This document shows, one piece after another, positions 48,380 through 60,433 of a DNA stretch of 64,000 nt. The stretch comes from Epithemia pelagica (taxonomy: Eukaryota > Protista > Bacillariophyta), in NCBI GenBank assembly GCA_946965045.2, contig OX337229.1:2108001-2172000 (forward strand), read 5' to 3'. The translations under genes and the position numbers were made by a program. The notes beneath the pieces were generated by a model, which was not told the DNA's origin, did not search any database, and was given only the letters and a program-made list of their open reading frames with translations. Each line of letters opens with the position of its first letter. Position 1 is the first letter of the stretch.

Positions 48380-48984
48380 CGGGAGGGTTTCGTTCTAGGA
48401 GTAATCATTAATCTGTCCTTTCCTTCCTTTTCCTTCCTTGTAGTGCCCCTAGCTAAGTGTCGGGCAGGGGGTGTCGCTCGTTGGTCGTCATAATACCCGC
48501 GAGAGCAGAAGCTCAACCACTATGGTACGATAGGCTTATCAGGATACGCAACCGATGGAGAGTGTGAGTTCTGTCATTTTTGGGCGATTTAAAACGGGTA
48601 CAGCACAAAAGCTACGGCGGCAGCTGCTGCCCCTTCACTTCCTCAATCCACATCTTCCTCCCACCACAATCCCAAAAGACGAGGCATCACTAGTGTAAGT
48701 TGAGAACTTGGCAAGAGCAGCGGGAAGAAGTCTGGTAATCAGAAAAAAGCAGATCAACAGTTCATGGATCTGGCGTTGCACGTTTGTTATCATTTTCCGT
48801 TGTTCGTGTTTCGAGTTAATTAGAGTCGAGGTGAAAGCGCACATTCTCAATTCTCACGTTTCTTTGCATCCCTCAACGGTACAGTCGAATTAGACCGTGG
48901 CGTCGTTATTGTTTAGGGTTGCTCAAGTTTCGAGAGAGAAAAATTCACGTGACTCTAGCAAGAAATTCGAAGTAAGAGCCAACA

Positions 48985-50710
48985 ATGTTTGGTCAACCAA
49001 ATACGCCATTTGGCGGCGGAGGTGGAGGGTTTGGCCAACCATCCACAAATACAGCACCAGCATTTGGAAGTCCAGCTCCGGCACCTGGTGGATTATTCGG
49101 AACTCCTGCCCAAGGAGGATTTGGAGCTCCGGCAGCTCCTGGAGGTTTTGGTGCTCCTGCTCCGGCTGGTCCCTTTGGACAACCTGCCCCAGCCGCACCA
49201 TTTGGTTCCTCGTTTGGTTCTCCGGCTCCTGCCCCTGGTGGAGCACTTTTTGGTCAACCAGCTCCTGCCCCAGGTTTCGGATCTACTTTTGGAGCCCCTG
49301 CTCCCGCTGTAGGAGGAGGCCTCTTTGGTCAGCCGCCAGCCCAGGCTTCTGGCATGTTTGGCCAACCGGCACCTGCCCCATCTTCGGCTTTCGGACAGCC
49401 ACCAGCTCCCGGGGGTAGTCTTTTCGGGGCACCTTCAACCACTTCTTCGCCTTTTGGTGCACCAGCAGCATCGACCTTTGGAGCACCGCAGCCGGCACCA
49501 GCGTTTGGTTTTGGTGCACCGGCTCCTGCATTCGGGGCTCCAGCCCCTGTTGGTGGTGGGGGTCTGTTTGGTCAGCCACCAACTCCAGCTGCTCCTGCAC
49601 CCGTGTTTGGTGCATCAAGTACTCCTGCTGGTGGAGGCTTGTTCGGTCAGCCTGCTCCTGCCCCGACTGGATTTGGCGGTTCTACGTTTGGTGCACCGGC
49701 ACCCGCAGGTGGCGGATTGTTTGGAGCACCAGCCCCGGGGGGCTTTGGAGCCCCTACGCCATCGACTCCGTTTGGAGCAACGGCTGGTGCTCAACCGGGA
49801 CAAGAGGGAACACGAGCGGCGCCATTTCAAGTTACGACGAAAAAGGACAACAACACAACCATCAATCTGTATTCCATAACTGCAATGCCGCAGTATGAAA
49901 ACAAATCATTTGAAGAACTACGTTTTGAAGATTACGCTCAGGGGAACAAGGGGTCGGCATCTACACCCACCACTAGCAACGCACCCGGTGGCTTTTCATT
50001 TGCTGGGCAGGCCCCAGCGGGTGGACTATTTGGTGCTCAGCCGGCCCCAGCGCCATTCGGGGCTCCTGCGCCAGCTCCTTTCGGTGCACCTGCTCCCACA
50101 GCATTTGGTGCTCCTCCTGCCCCGAGTGCATTCGGTGCACCTGCTCCAACGGGTGGGTTGTTTGGCGCCAAGGCACCTGCTCCCTTTGGAACACCGGCCC
50201 CGGGTGGACTGTTTGGAGCCCCTGCGCCGGCTCCGTTTGGTGCCCCAGCTCCAACTGGTGGCTTGTTTGGATCGGCAGCTCCGGCGCCATTTGGGGCACC
50301 TGCTCCAGCTCCATTTGGTGCACCCGCTCCGGCTCCCTTTGGAGCCCCAGCGCCTTCAACTGGATTATTTGGGGCAGCCCCTGCTCCGTTTGGAGCCCCT
50401 GCGCCTGCAGGTGGTGGTTTGTTTGGTAACCCCGCACCTGCGCCTTTTGGAGCTCCTCCTAGTGGAGGCCTTTTTGGTCAACCTGCTCCGGCTCCTTTTG
50501 GAGCTCCAGCGCCAGGTGGCTTATTCGGTCAGCCTGCTCCGTCTGCGTTTTCGTTTGGCGCTAAACCTCCTTCGACAGGATTGTTTGGTGCTCCATCACC
50601 AGCCCCTTTTGGTGGTTTTGGATCAACAGCTCCCGCCCCATTTGGCGCTCCAGCACCCACGTCGCTGTTTGGAGCACCGCCACCAGCACCATTTGGAGCG
50701 CAGCCACCCC
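48985..50710 (+). repeat. FG-repeat coding region (PAPFGA / GGLFG units)
   Basis: Dozens of degenerate APAPFG and GGLFG units on both sides of the GLEBS. Confidence 0.95.
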
Positions 50711-53700
50711 AGTTGCAAACAGGCCCCATCCCTCAGAATGCGATTATCATTCCTCCGACAGCCGATGAGGCTAATGTTCAAGGTATCCGGGCGCTTCTTA
50801 GGAGTAAGGAAGAAATGGAGAAATCGGAAATCTGGAAAGGGGACAACGGGGCGAAAAGTAAGGTTTCAACGCCAACAAGTGTTTCGGAATCAGAAAGTAT
50901 TGATCCTTTAACGTCCTCGAAAGAAGGCAAATTTTTCCGTTCGTCGCCATCATTAATAAAAATTCGCCCGAAAGGGTTCCCCAAAACAGCGACTCCAAAC
51001 AAGACCACGTCGCTTCTTTCTGGAATTGGACGAGGTGGTGGTCTTGGTGGAGGCATTATGCTCCCTGATTCAAAGTTCCGATCACCATCAGTACAACTTG
51101 TCGTTGACAAGGGCTCTTTGAGAAAACCGAACCTTCGATCCATGCCTTCTCCTCGAATTCAAGAATCTCCCTCAGTAAACCATCCAGAAGAAACACTTAC
51201 TGATGTTCCAAGTCCAGACCCGTCACCTGCGACCAATCAAGCGAATGGCTCCTCCAATCCTCTTGATAGAAATTCAACTGAAGCTCAAGACAAACAAGCC
51301 AGTCGTTCCGTCGAAGTAGTCCCGACGAACATGGCACCAGAAGGGGAACCATCTCCACGACTTGAAGCATATTACCAAAACACAATCAATTCACCGCAAG
51401 AGCCCATCCCTGAGTCTACTTCATTGCGTCTTGGGTCAAAGAATGCTCCAAAATTGACCAAAGATGGATACGAAGCAAATCCACCAATCGAGGAACTGGC
51501 CTCTTACTCCGATGCAGATCTTGCCGCTGTTCCCAACTTTTCTGTGAGCAGACCAGGATACGGGAAGGTAGAGTGGTTGGGAGCAGTCGATATACGTGCA
51601 TCTGACCTTGATCGGATTGTTGTGATCGAGCCGAAGGATGTGTCGGTGTACAACACAGAAGAGGCCGAGGGAACGAAGCCAGCGGAAGGGACGCGATTGA
51701 ACCGAGCCGCCTATATTACGTACTATGAAGCCTTCCCTAAAGACAACCCAGAAGCTTCCCCGGAAGAAAAACAAAAATATATGGAACGTCTTGAGAAGGT
51801 CACGAGAAAGATGGCGGCCGAGTTTATTTCCTACAATAAGACCACAGGTGAATGGAAGATTCGAGTCCGTCATTTCAGTCGATACGCTCTGGTCGAGGAA
51901 GATTCAGATGTGGAAGATACTGAGTATGACTCTTCCATGGGTGCAGATCGTTTACCCTCAAAGCCCAAATCGATTTTAAACACAAATCCCACTCCTTTCA
52001 AGAAAGGTACAGTTAAATTTGACGTACAACTTTCTCCTGAAGAATCTGAAATCACTGCAGCGAAAATCAGAGAGAGTGTCCGTGCCTCTTCTGAAAAAGC
52101 ATTTGCAGAAGTGTTTGCTTCAGTTCATTCAGAAGACGAACAACCGTCCCCAACAGACGTCGTTGAGATGGAAGATGATGAGAGTGAGTCCGAGCATATG
52201 GTGGAATCAAAGTTCGTAGCCCCCTCGAAGTCTACCATACAGAGTTGCCGGGGCCAGTTTAGTATTGTGTCGACCACCCTTGAAAAGAGGAAGCTTTCGC
52301 ATCGTGCCGTAGACGGTGGATTTCATATGGGGAGGTCGTTCCGTGTTGCGTGGTCCCCAGATGGATCTCTTTTCTGTCCTTCGCGGTGTCCTGTTGCATA
52401 TTCGATTACGAAGGTATGCCCTGTTTTTGGCCCAATCGCTCCTCCAGAGAACAACGAAACGATGAGTGAAGACACTCTGCTGGACGTTCATCTTAGATTT
52501 TCGGAGAAAGAGATGATCACTGGGGAAGATTGCCCTCTCTTTTGCCTGCCATCTTCTTTTTCTGGTGGGGGCTCGGAAAAGTCGCACAACTCTCACCTAG
52601 AAGCTTTGAGGGAGTTTCGCGGAGTGTCTGGGAAATCAATATTCACACTCATCGAGTATTTTGCGGGGTCCACCAGATCTGTGGAGTCCAAGAAGACGGC
52701 GATACTAAAATGGTTGGTTGAAGATTGCGAAGGTGACGTTGCAAAGGATGTTGCTAGTATGCTTTCTCTGAAAAGTCACATCTCAGCTGTTTTTGCAGCT
52801 TTCAGTAGTGGGGATATCCAACAGGCTGCGACGCTTGCAGCAGACAGTGGTTTTCATGAGCTTGCCTGTGTAATCTCGGTTGCCTCATCGGCTGGAGAGG
52901 GCTTGACGGATATGTCTCGTATTGCGTCAGACTCCATCTTGCGGAACTCGGCGATGAATGATCTCCACCGTCTGTTAAAGAATCTCGCCGGTGACAAACG
53001 CTGCGAAGATACTCGCCATAAAATGGCGACAAACGATCTTGATTGGCGTCGTCGTTTGGCGTTGCGTCTGCTAGTTTCTTCGGAAGACGGATTGGACAGC
53101 ATAATTGATACTTTCTTGCATGATGTGAAAAAGGGTTTGGCCCCTCCACCTCTTTCACGTGATGATAAAGCAACAGCTTCATACAGCACCGACTTCAAAG
53201 TGGTGCATGCTGTGTCCTCGTCGGCACCAGGGTCTATGCTGGACATCGTTGAACCAAAGGGCCATACAATTTTCCACAATGATTCGACCATTTCCTTTCA
53301 CTTGTCATCAGTTCTTGCAGGGAACGTCCTTTTCACTAGCGCTTCAGATGAGTATGACAAACTTTGTATGAGTTACGCATCACAGCTACTGTGCGAAAAA
53401 CGATGGCGCTGGGCTGTTTTTGTGCTGCTTTGCATCATTCCACCGACTTCGCATGAAGCCTGTCGGCGACGAATTGAATGTGCAAAATCAATTGTTCTTC
53501 GCTATTATGACAGTTCCGAAGGCGATGTTGAAGAGAACAGGATTTTCCTCGAGCAGGACGTTGGTATCCCAACGTTCTGGTTTTCGGAGGCATTAAGCAA
53601 CAGATCTCTTACCGTTGTTGACTATGTGGCACACACACTGAGTTTCGACCCTCCTGCTGCCCTTCATGTTCTGGAGACACGGTATTTGCCGAGTGTATTC

Positions 53701-54075
53701 TTCACAAGCCGGACACAGGTGGATAAGCTGATGGGAATGGTGGAAGGAATGGCTGCCGCTCAGAATTCAGTGGCATCAGCTGTTTTCCGCTTCTTCTCGC
53801 TTGTAGAGGATGTTCGAAGACTGAAGTTCAGATCCGATGGAGACGTACCAGCTAGTTTGAGGAAACTGTTCCAGGAACACAGCGATCTCTCAAGGATTTT
53901 CCAATCGCATGCGTCCAAGATTCGCACCCAGTCCGTGGACTACAGGTTCTACGTTGATCCCCCAATGCGTGTATCGTTGTCGTCGATGCTTGGTGAAGCT
54001 CTCCGAAAGCTAAATGACATTCGACTTGAACTTGCGGCTCTGAGGGACGCAATAAATTGTGAAGCGTTATATTGA
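48985..54075 (+). CDS. NUP98: Nup98-Nup96 precursor
   Basis: FG/GLFG repeats; GLEBS (GTRAAPF..SITAMPQYENKSFEELRFEDY); autoproteolytic domain ending VRHF/S (codons at 51871-51879); Nup96 motifs MGRSFRVAW and WRWAVFVLL. Confidence 0.97.
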   Translation: MFGQPNTPFGGGGGGFGQPSTNTAPAFGSPAPAPGGLFGTPAQGGFGAPAAPGGFGAPAPAGPFGQPAPAAPFGSSFGSPAPAPGGALFGQPAPAPGFGSTFGAPAPAVGGGLFGQPPAQASGMFGQPAPAPSSAFGQPPAPGGSLFGAPSTTSSPFGAPAASTFGAPQPAPAFGFGAPAPAFGAPAPVGGGGLFGQPPTPAAPAPVFGASSTPAGGGLFGQPAPAPTGFGGSTFGAPAPAGGGLFGAPAPGGFGAPTPSTPFGATAGAQPGQEGTRAAPFQVTTKKDNNTTINLYSITAMPQYENKSFEELRFEDYAQGNKGSASTPTTSNAPGGFSFAGQAPAGGLFGAQPAPAPFGAPAPAPFGAPAPTAFGAPPAPSAFGAPAPTGGLFGAKAPAPFGTPAPGGLFGAPAPAPFGAPAPTGGLFGSAAPAPFGAPAPAPFGAPAPAPFGAPAPSTGLFGAAPAPFGAPAPAGGGLFGNPAPAPFGAPPSGGLFGQPAPAPFGAPAPGGLFGQPAPSAFSFGAKPPSTGLFGAPSPAPFGGFGSTAPAPFGAPAPTSLFGAPPPAPFGAQPPQLQTGPIPQNAIIIPPTADEANVQGIRALLRSKEEMEKSEIWKGDNGAKSKVSTPTSVSESESIDPLTSSKEGKFFRSSPSLIKIRPKGFPKTATPNKTTSLLSGIGRGGGLGGGIMLPDSKFRSPSVQLVVDKGSLRKPNLRSMPSPRIQESPSVNHPEETLTDVPSPDPSPATNQANGSSNPLDRNSTEAQDKQASRSVEVVPTNMAPEGEPSPRLEAYYQNTINSPQEPIPESTSLRLGSKNAPKLTKDGYEANPPIEELASYSDADLAAVPNFSVSRPGYGKVEWLGAVDIRASDLDRIVVIEPKDVSVYNTEEAEGTKPAEGTRLNRAAYITYYEAFPKDNPEASPEEKQKYMERLEKVTRKMAAEFISYNKTTGEWKIRVRHFSRYALVEEDSDVEDTEYDSSMGADRLPSKPKSILNTNPTPFKKGTVKFDVQLSPEESEITAAKIRESVRASSEKAFAEVFASVHSEDEQPSPTDVVEMEDDESESEHMVESKFVAPSKSTIQSCRGQFSIVSTTLEKRKLSHRAVDGGFHMGRSFRVAWSPDGSLFCPSRCPVAYSITKVCPVFGPIAPPENNETMSEDTLLDVHLRFSEKEMITGEDCPLFCLPSSFSGGGSEKSHNSHLEALREFRGVSGKSIFTLIEYFAGSTRSVESKKTAILKWLVEDCEGDVAKDVASMLSLKSHISAVFAAFSSGDIQQAATLAADSGFHELACVISVASSAGEGLTDMSRIASDSILRNSAMNDLHRLLKNLAGDKRCEDTRHKMATNDLDWRRRLALRLLVSSEDGLDSIIDTFLHDVKKGLAPPPLSRDDKATASYSTDFKVVHAVSSSAPGSMLDIVEPKGHTIFHNDSTISFHLSSVLAGNVLFTSASDEYDKLCMSYASQLLCEKRWRWAVFVLLCIIPPTSHEACRRRIECAKSIVLRYYDSSEGDVEENRIFLEQDVGIPTFWFSEALSNRSLTVVDYVAHTLSFDPPAALHVLETRYLPSVFFTSRTQVDKLMGMVEGMAAAQNSVASAVFRFFSLVEDVRRLKFRSDGDVPASLRKLFQEHSDLSRIFQSHASKIRTQSVDYRFYVDPPMRVSLSSMLGEALRKLNDIRLELAALRDAINCEALY

Positions 54076-54359
54076 TGGGGAGAACGTTTGTTTTATTTGC
54101 CGATAGAAGATGAACCAAAAGTTTGCAATGCAAGAGTCACAGATAACTGGCGACAGTACATATGTAAGCGACTGCATGCCTAATTTAGATTTCCATGGAC
54201 TATATGTCTTTTCTATTGCAGATGTAATAGGATGCCGATAAGAGTCAATATGGACGACGGGATAAGTGACCATCAGCCATTGCGAAATGCTATTTCCCAC
54301 GAAGCCCTTCCATCCTATAGAGAAGACGAACGTCGATCAAACGTAAGAACTCGGTATAA

Positions 54360-56253
54360 TTAAAGCCGAAACGATTCTGGTCCAATATCATGAAGGAAGA
54401 ATCGTTTCGCAATTAGCTGCAGAGTTCGCTTCTTTCGAGTAGCCGATGCAGCGTCTCCGGAAAGTTCGTAGAGAGTGCATAAATTGAGAGCACTACGTTC
54501 CGTCAACGACTCCGACGGATTTCGTCGTATTAATTGTTCCATGACATGAACAGCTTCTTGTAAACGACACTAACGTGAATTTTAAGTCAGATGTGAATGC
54601 CATTAATATGGGATGAACAAGGAAGGAAGGACTTACCGTGTAAAGAGCCGTCACAGCTAAATTTGATGTGACTTCGGAATAAAGGCTGTGTCGAGAAACA
54701 GGAGCTATCAATCCTCCACCGACCCAATCCGTTGTAATATACTTGCTCTTGGTCTCCCCCGAGTTGGTGGAGGCCTGTTGATCCATCGTCTCCATGATTT
54801 GCAACGACTTGCGAAAGTGTTCTAACGCAGCGTTATAATCTTGGTGGGCAAATTGTAACAACCCCAAATTGGCTTGAAGTTGGGGTTCCGCTTGTTCAAG
54901 AATTCGCTTGGTTTCTCCATATTTCTTAAGGATATCCAAGAAGACGTCGTTGGATGGAATGTCCTGCCATCGCATCGTGGCACGTTCAAAGAGGATCCGG
55001 GCACCGTCCACGGCACCAATTTGCAGCAGAATGCGACCTTGTCTCGATAAGAGCTCGCATTGACAAGCATCCGTCAAAATTTTTAGAACTTGTGGATCAG
55101 TGCTATTGCTTTGTCCGCCATGTCCTTCAAACCAACGAGCGGCACCCTGTGGAACAAGCTCCATCAATCGTTCCAGAGATTCTAATGCCATCCGCCACTC
55201 ACCTTGAGCACAAAATAAGTTGGATAGAGTCTGATCGACATGAATCACATGCATAACATTGGCTGACATGTCCTTTTCCAAATCGTGCCGAATTTGCCAA
55301 AGGGCACTAGTCGTGGCCGACTTGTCCGACATGGTGAATTGGAGGGCCGTCGCGGCAAAAATATGGATATTCCACGGTATCCATGAGGCTGCAGCTTTGT
55401 TCGCTTCGCTTTCTTCGCGGTTGTCCGTTCGATTGTTGTAATGGCAATAGGACCACTCTTGGACTTCTGCTCCCAACTCTTTGTAGCGCCGCATTTGAAT
55501 CCATGCGTGGCCTTGTAAAATAAGAATCTCCATAAACTCGTTCAACTGTTGCGATTGCAGGAGACTGGGTGGTATTTTGGATTTGGTACCACCCTTGTTG
55601 AGAAACATGGTGTAAATGGCTGCATAATGGGAGGATGGTCCCTTCAAAAGAGAAGCGGTGATACTGAGGACATCACCCCAGGCCCTTCGTTCGACCAGCA
55701 CACGCATTCGTTCCAAATCGGACTGCGTTTCGGGAAGAGGCAACGGTCGCAACAAGGGTTGCACGCCGCCACTGTTATTGTCACCCAGAGTAGTAGTATT
55801 GCTGGTTTCTCCCGTGAGAAACAAATCAGCCAATTCATCGGCATTCAAGTGTTGTTGCGAGAGGGAGGGCATGGAGACCAACTGTTTGGGTACCGCCACA
55901 GCCGATGGTCCAATGGGAGGGGGAGCCGGCGGTAACGTCAAACTAATTGGGGTTTGTTGTGACGCATAATGCGATCCAAACGACGACGACTGGGGTGGAA
56001 GGGGCGGTTGGGCTGGTGGTACGGTCGTTGCGATGGATGGAACCGCCGCCAACGGATGATCGGATCCATGAACGGCCGTCGTCGTTGTTGTTGCTCCACC
56101 AGTAGTAATGTGGTTGCCTTTGGATTGGGTGCCGGCCATTCCTCCCACACCCGGCGGCGCCTGTGGGATGGTTACCAAGGGTGTCGATTGTGCCATGCCT
56201 CCTCCGGAAGCAGGAGGAGGAGGACCAGGCGGAGAAGGGTTTGGATCGTTCAT
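54360..56253 (-). CDS. TRAPPC12: Trafficking protein particle complex subunit 12 (TTC15)
   Basis: Exons 56253-54637 and 54569-54360. TPR C-terminus NLAVTALYT-CRLQEAV..ALNLCTLYEL..KKRTL matches the TRAPPC12 C-terminal pattern. Pro-rich N-terminus. Confidence 0.78.
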
Positions 56254-56573
56254 GTTCCGTTGGTCGATATATGGTTTTGAAGAACGTTGCGAATTGTGCG
56301 ATCGCAAAAACGTTGTCGTTCAAGAGAAAAGGGGGCATCTGTTGTTCGACCCCCAACGTTCATCATAGATTTCCCTAATTGGGTCGCACAAAATTCACCC
56401 CGAACGAAATTTCGGGGGTCTATAGAGGATGAATCTTTTTGACACCCCCAATTTACATTTCTGTCATTGTGCTTTCTGTTTTCTGTATCATCTTGTGGCC
56501 GAGTGCATGAGCTAGAAAATAGTGATCGACTCGACAATCCTTCCTTGACAGAGGTCACCGTTCTCTCAGGACC

Positions 56574-57825
56574 ATGACAACCGATTCTCCACCATCGGCT
56601 GCATCAGTTGTAACTATTTCTTACGACGACTTGGTTCATTTTGACGCTCACAAAAACGACTTGTCGTCGTCATCGATCGAAAACAAGGCTTTGATTGACA
56701 GCATTGGTCGTGCGTTTGGGTCGTCTGCGGAATGTCTTGGTTTGATTGCCGTGGAGGGCGTTCCTAATTTTGGAATCCTACGTGAACGATTGCTTCGATT
56801 GGCCTATGAGCTTGTTCATATGGAAGCAGCGCAACTAGAAAAATGCGAACGATCCGACACCCTGTACTCTGTGGGATGGTCGTGCGGACGAGAACAACTG
56901 GAAGCTGGTCAACCTGATTTTTCCAAGGGAAGCTACTATGCCAATCCTTTAACAGAATCGTTGGTGCAAACTCTCATTGAACGTGAACCTGACAAGGCCA
57001 TGTACTGGACCCAGCAGGGCCAAGCTTTTCCCGAATGTTATGCCGACAATGTTTGGCCAGGCGAGGGATTGCCCACATTTCAAAACGCCTTTGTTGAGTT
57101 GGGTAAAGTCATGAGAAAGACGGGTATATTGCTTGCATCCGTCTGTGATGCATACTGTCGACAGAATGGCGTCGAGTTGCAGCTTGCACGGACATTGCAA
57201 AACTCCATGAACGCCAAAGGTCGACTTTTGCATTATTTTCCAACTTCTAGAAAGCCTGTTGGTTCACAAGATTCCTGGTGTGCGTGGCACAATGATCATG
57301 TACGTGGTCTCGTTATTGGCTGCTCAGATTGCGTCCCACTATGCAACTCTCACAATGCTTTCGTGACAGGGCTCCCTCACAGGTCTGGCTCCCGGAATGT
57401 ACTTGAACGAAGATGGAGAACCATCAGACAATCCCGATCCAGAATATTCAGGGCTTTATGTTCAGGCCAGATCCGGTAAGATATTTCGTGCTCAATTACC
57501 ACCAAGTTGCTGTGGTTTTCAGATTGGAGAAACTTCCCAAATTCAATCCGGTGGTCTCTTGAGGGCAACCCCACATGCCGTCCATCCACCGCGACAAAAC
57601 CCCTCCTCTACTCTACATGCTGTTGTGACACGAGAATCATTTGCATTGTTCATGGAACCTGAATTTGACGAACCACTTGAGCTACCACAGGGAAAGGTCG
57701 TAGAAGACTGCCAAGACGATGACGCCCAACTTCCTCAATCAGTGTTACCACTGCGCAAGCGTTGGAAAGAAGGTTCCACATTTGGGGATTTTCATCGTGC
57801 CACTGTCGCGGGCTTCACCGCCTGA
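56574..57825 (+). CDS. 2-oxoglutarate/Fe(II)-dependent oxygenase (IPNS/DIOX-like)
   Basis: Exons 56574-57299 and 57370-57825 (intron GTACGT..CAG). WHNDH-GSLTGL (HxD), ATPHAV (distal His) and RES (RxS). Confidence 0.88.
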
Positions 57826-57836
57826 CCAGAACCGAG

Positions 57837-59200
57837 TCAAGAGTCGCCTGGTACGCCGGATGCATCCTCCTCCTTCTTCGGTGTATCATTGCCGGACAAA
57901 ATTTCGACAGGTGGCATGTGATGGCAAGAACCTTCCACTCCTCCACAATAAACACGCGGCAAATCGTTGTCTTCATTCCAACAAGACACATTATGGCGAC
58001 ATTCATTACAAACCAACACTAGAATGCGACATTTCCAACACCTGGCTTCCTTGTTTTCACTAGGCGCGTGACCATTGTCAAAGTCGTCATGTGGTGAATG
58101 ACCTTAAAAAGAAAGAAGTGAGATATGATTTCCCTCAAACCAACTTTCGATGACACATACTTACAAACAAGGCACTGACCCACCACCTGATTGCCATGCA
58201 CAGGGTCCGTCCGTCGAGGATCAAAGACAAAATTCTTTCCCTTGAAAAGTGTCGTCTCCGTGGAGTTGGATTCGAGATAGCGTTGTATTCCACCATGGAG
58301 CTGATAGATATGATGCGTGTTTTCCGATCTTTCTGCCAACAAGGATTGCAGAAATACACTGGCTCGCTCACATCGAACGCCACCTGTACAGTACATGAAG
58401 ATATGGTCCGATTTCGCCAACCGGTCCACTTGTTCCACCAAAACTTGAGGTAGCTCTGAGTATTTGCGAGTGTTTGTGAGAACCGTATCCACTTTTGGAG
58501 CACTAAAGAAGCCAACATTTGATTCGTAAACATTGCGGCAATCCAGCAATATTGCCTTGGAACCGCCTTTGTCCTGATTGAATTGCAAAAGCCGCTGCTC
58601 CCATTCCTGAGGTGATAAGTATGTTGCAGGTTGGACAGTTTCTAAACCTTTGACGTAAATCTTTTCGGTGTATCGAGCCAAGGACGATTCTGCAGATCCT
58701 TCTGGGACATTATTCCGCCGCCTTCGACTCTTGCTTCTCTTACGATCAGATGCATCCGTCGTTCCAACCAGGCTAACCACAGATTTGGTGGCATTCACTA
58801 CCAAATTGTCAAACAACTGCACCGCAAACGGCAGATCCTCACGCAAACCACAATATTTCACATCCAGCTCAAACTCAGAAACAAGTTTCGAATTCGCGTC
58901 ATTGCTTTGATCCAGGACTGTATGTTGCAACTCTTTGCGTAAACACTCTTCGTAGTCTTTCAACTGGTAAACAAGACCACTGAGAACACCATTAATACCT
59001 TCTGGCGAAACGCGTATCCGGCCTTTGAGGCTCAATCGACGGCACTGTTCTTGATGGAAATTACAATGCTTGTGTGAATCAGGTATTTTCACGTAGCAGT
59101 AAAATAAGGCGATTTGATGGACATGTTGTGCTTTGAACTCTTCCATCGCCATTCTCGGACGTACTGGTAACCTTATTTTGGTTTGTCCTACGAGCTCCAT
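57837..59200 (-). CDS. Rhodanese-domain protein, TSTD2/TrhO (UPF0176)-like
   Basis: Exons from about 59200 to 58165 and 58102-57837. LFYCY..LKGRIRVSPEGING, LLDCRNVYESNVG, YCTGGVRCE, QLHGGIQRY and FKGKNFVFD; spliced Cys-rich tail C..C..RC..C..VC..C. Start uncertain. Confidence 0.85.
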
Positions 59201-59630
59201 CGAGCGATATGTTGGACAACAGTTGCCCGTCCTTTTCAGGCCCCAACTGCTTTCTCTATTGTGATTCTTGTTGAAGCATATGCTGTACAGGGTACAGGCA
59301 ACAACTTCACAATAACTACTCCTACTTTCTATTTTTCGTAAGGAATGAGCTCGTTTACCACTATTCGTAGATATTCGCTTGCGGACGGTTGTCCACAACT
59401 CGCTTCTAGCCGCTCTTTGGTCGTCGATCGACTGGGACTCCTCGTCCTGATCCAACAATTGGACCGCTTCGCGGTAAAGAGTCGACTAAGTTCAGTATCT
59501 GTTATCTGTGCAGTGGAATCCGTGACTGAACGAACCAGAAGTACTGAAATATGTAGACTACTTAGGAGTGAGAATAAAGAGAGACGGTGCAACTGAACTT
59601 GCTCTGTACTCCTGGGAGTAGTTATGGAAT

Positions 59631-60433
59631 TCTAGTATCCACAGGTTTCGGAATGTGAAAATGTTGTCACTTATATTCCACGCCATACGATATCTGATGA
59701 TGCAATGCAATTTGGGTGCGGCAACTTTGATGGTATAGTTGTTCCTGTTCGACTTGAGGCTATTGTACTACAAGATTTGTCGCCATTTGTTTCGCGTGAG
59801 AACAACTCTAGTATCCAAAGGTTTTGGAATGTGAAACTGTTGTCACTTATAGTCCACGCCATAAGGTATCTGATAATGCAATGCAATTTGGGTTCGGCAA
59901 CTTTGATGGTATACTTGTTCCTGTTCGACTTGAGGCTATTGTACTACAAGATTTGTCGCCATTTGTTTCGAGTGAGAACAACTCTAGTATCCACAGGTTT
60001 TGGAATGTGAAAATGTTGTCACTTATAGTCCACGCCATAAGGTATCTGATAATGCAATGCAATTTGGGTGCGGCAACTTTGATGGTATAGTTGTTCCTGT
60101 TCGACTTGAGGCTATTGTACTATAAGATTTGTCGCCATTTGTTTCGCGTGAGAACAACTCTAGTATCCAAAGGTTTTGGAATGTGAAACTGTTGTCACTT
60201 ATAGTCCACGCCATAAGGTATCTGATGATGCAATGCAATTTGGGTGCGGCAACTTTGATGGTATACTTGTTCCTGTTCGACTTGAGGCTATTGTACTACA
60301 AGATTTGTCGCCATTTGTTTCGTGTGAGAACAACTCTAGTATCCAAAGGTTTTGGAATGTGAAACTGTTGTCACTTATAGTCCATGCCATAAGGCATCTG
60401 ATAATGCAATGCAATTTGGGTGCGGCAACTTTG
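59631..60433. repeat. 176-bp tandem repeat array, about 4.6 copies
   Basis: ctagtatcc recurs at 59632, 59808, 59984, 60160 and 60336; units differ by only a few substitutions; about 41% GC by manual count. Confidence 0.97.

Noticed and set aside
59631-60433. CRISPR array or repeat-encoded peptides (ORFs MHCIIR... and MQFGCG...)
   Set aside because: Units are contiguous with no spacers, the host is eukaryotic and no cas genes are present. The ORFs recur only because a 176-bp unit rotates frames, and stops interrupt them.
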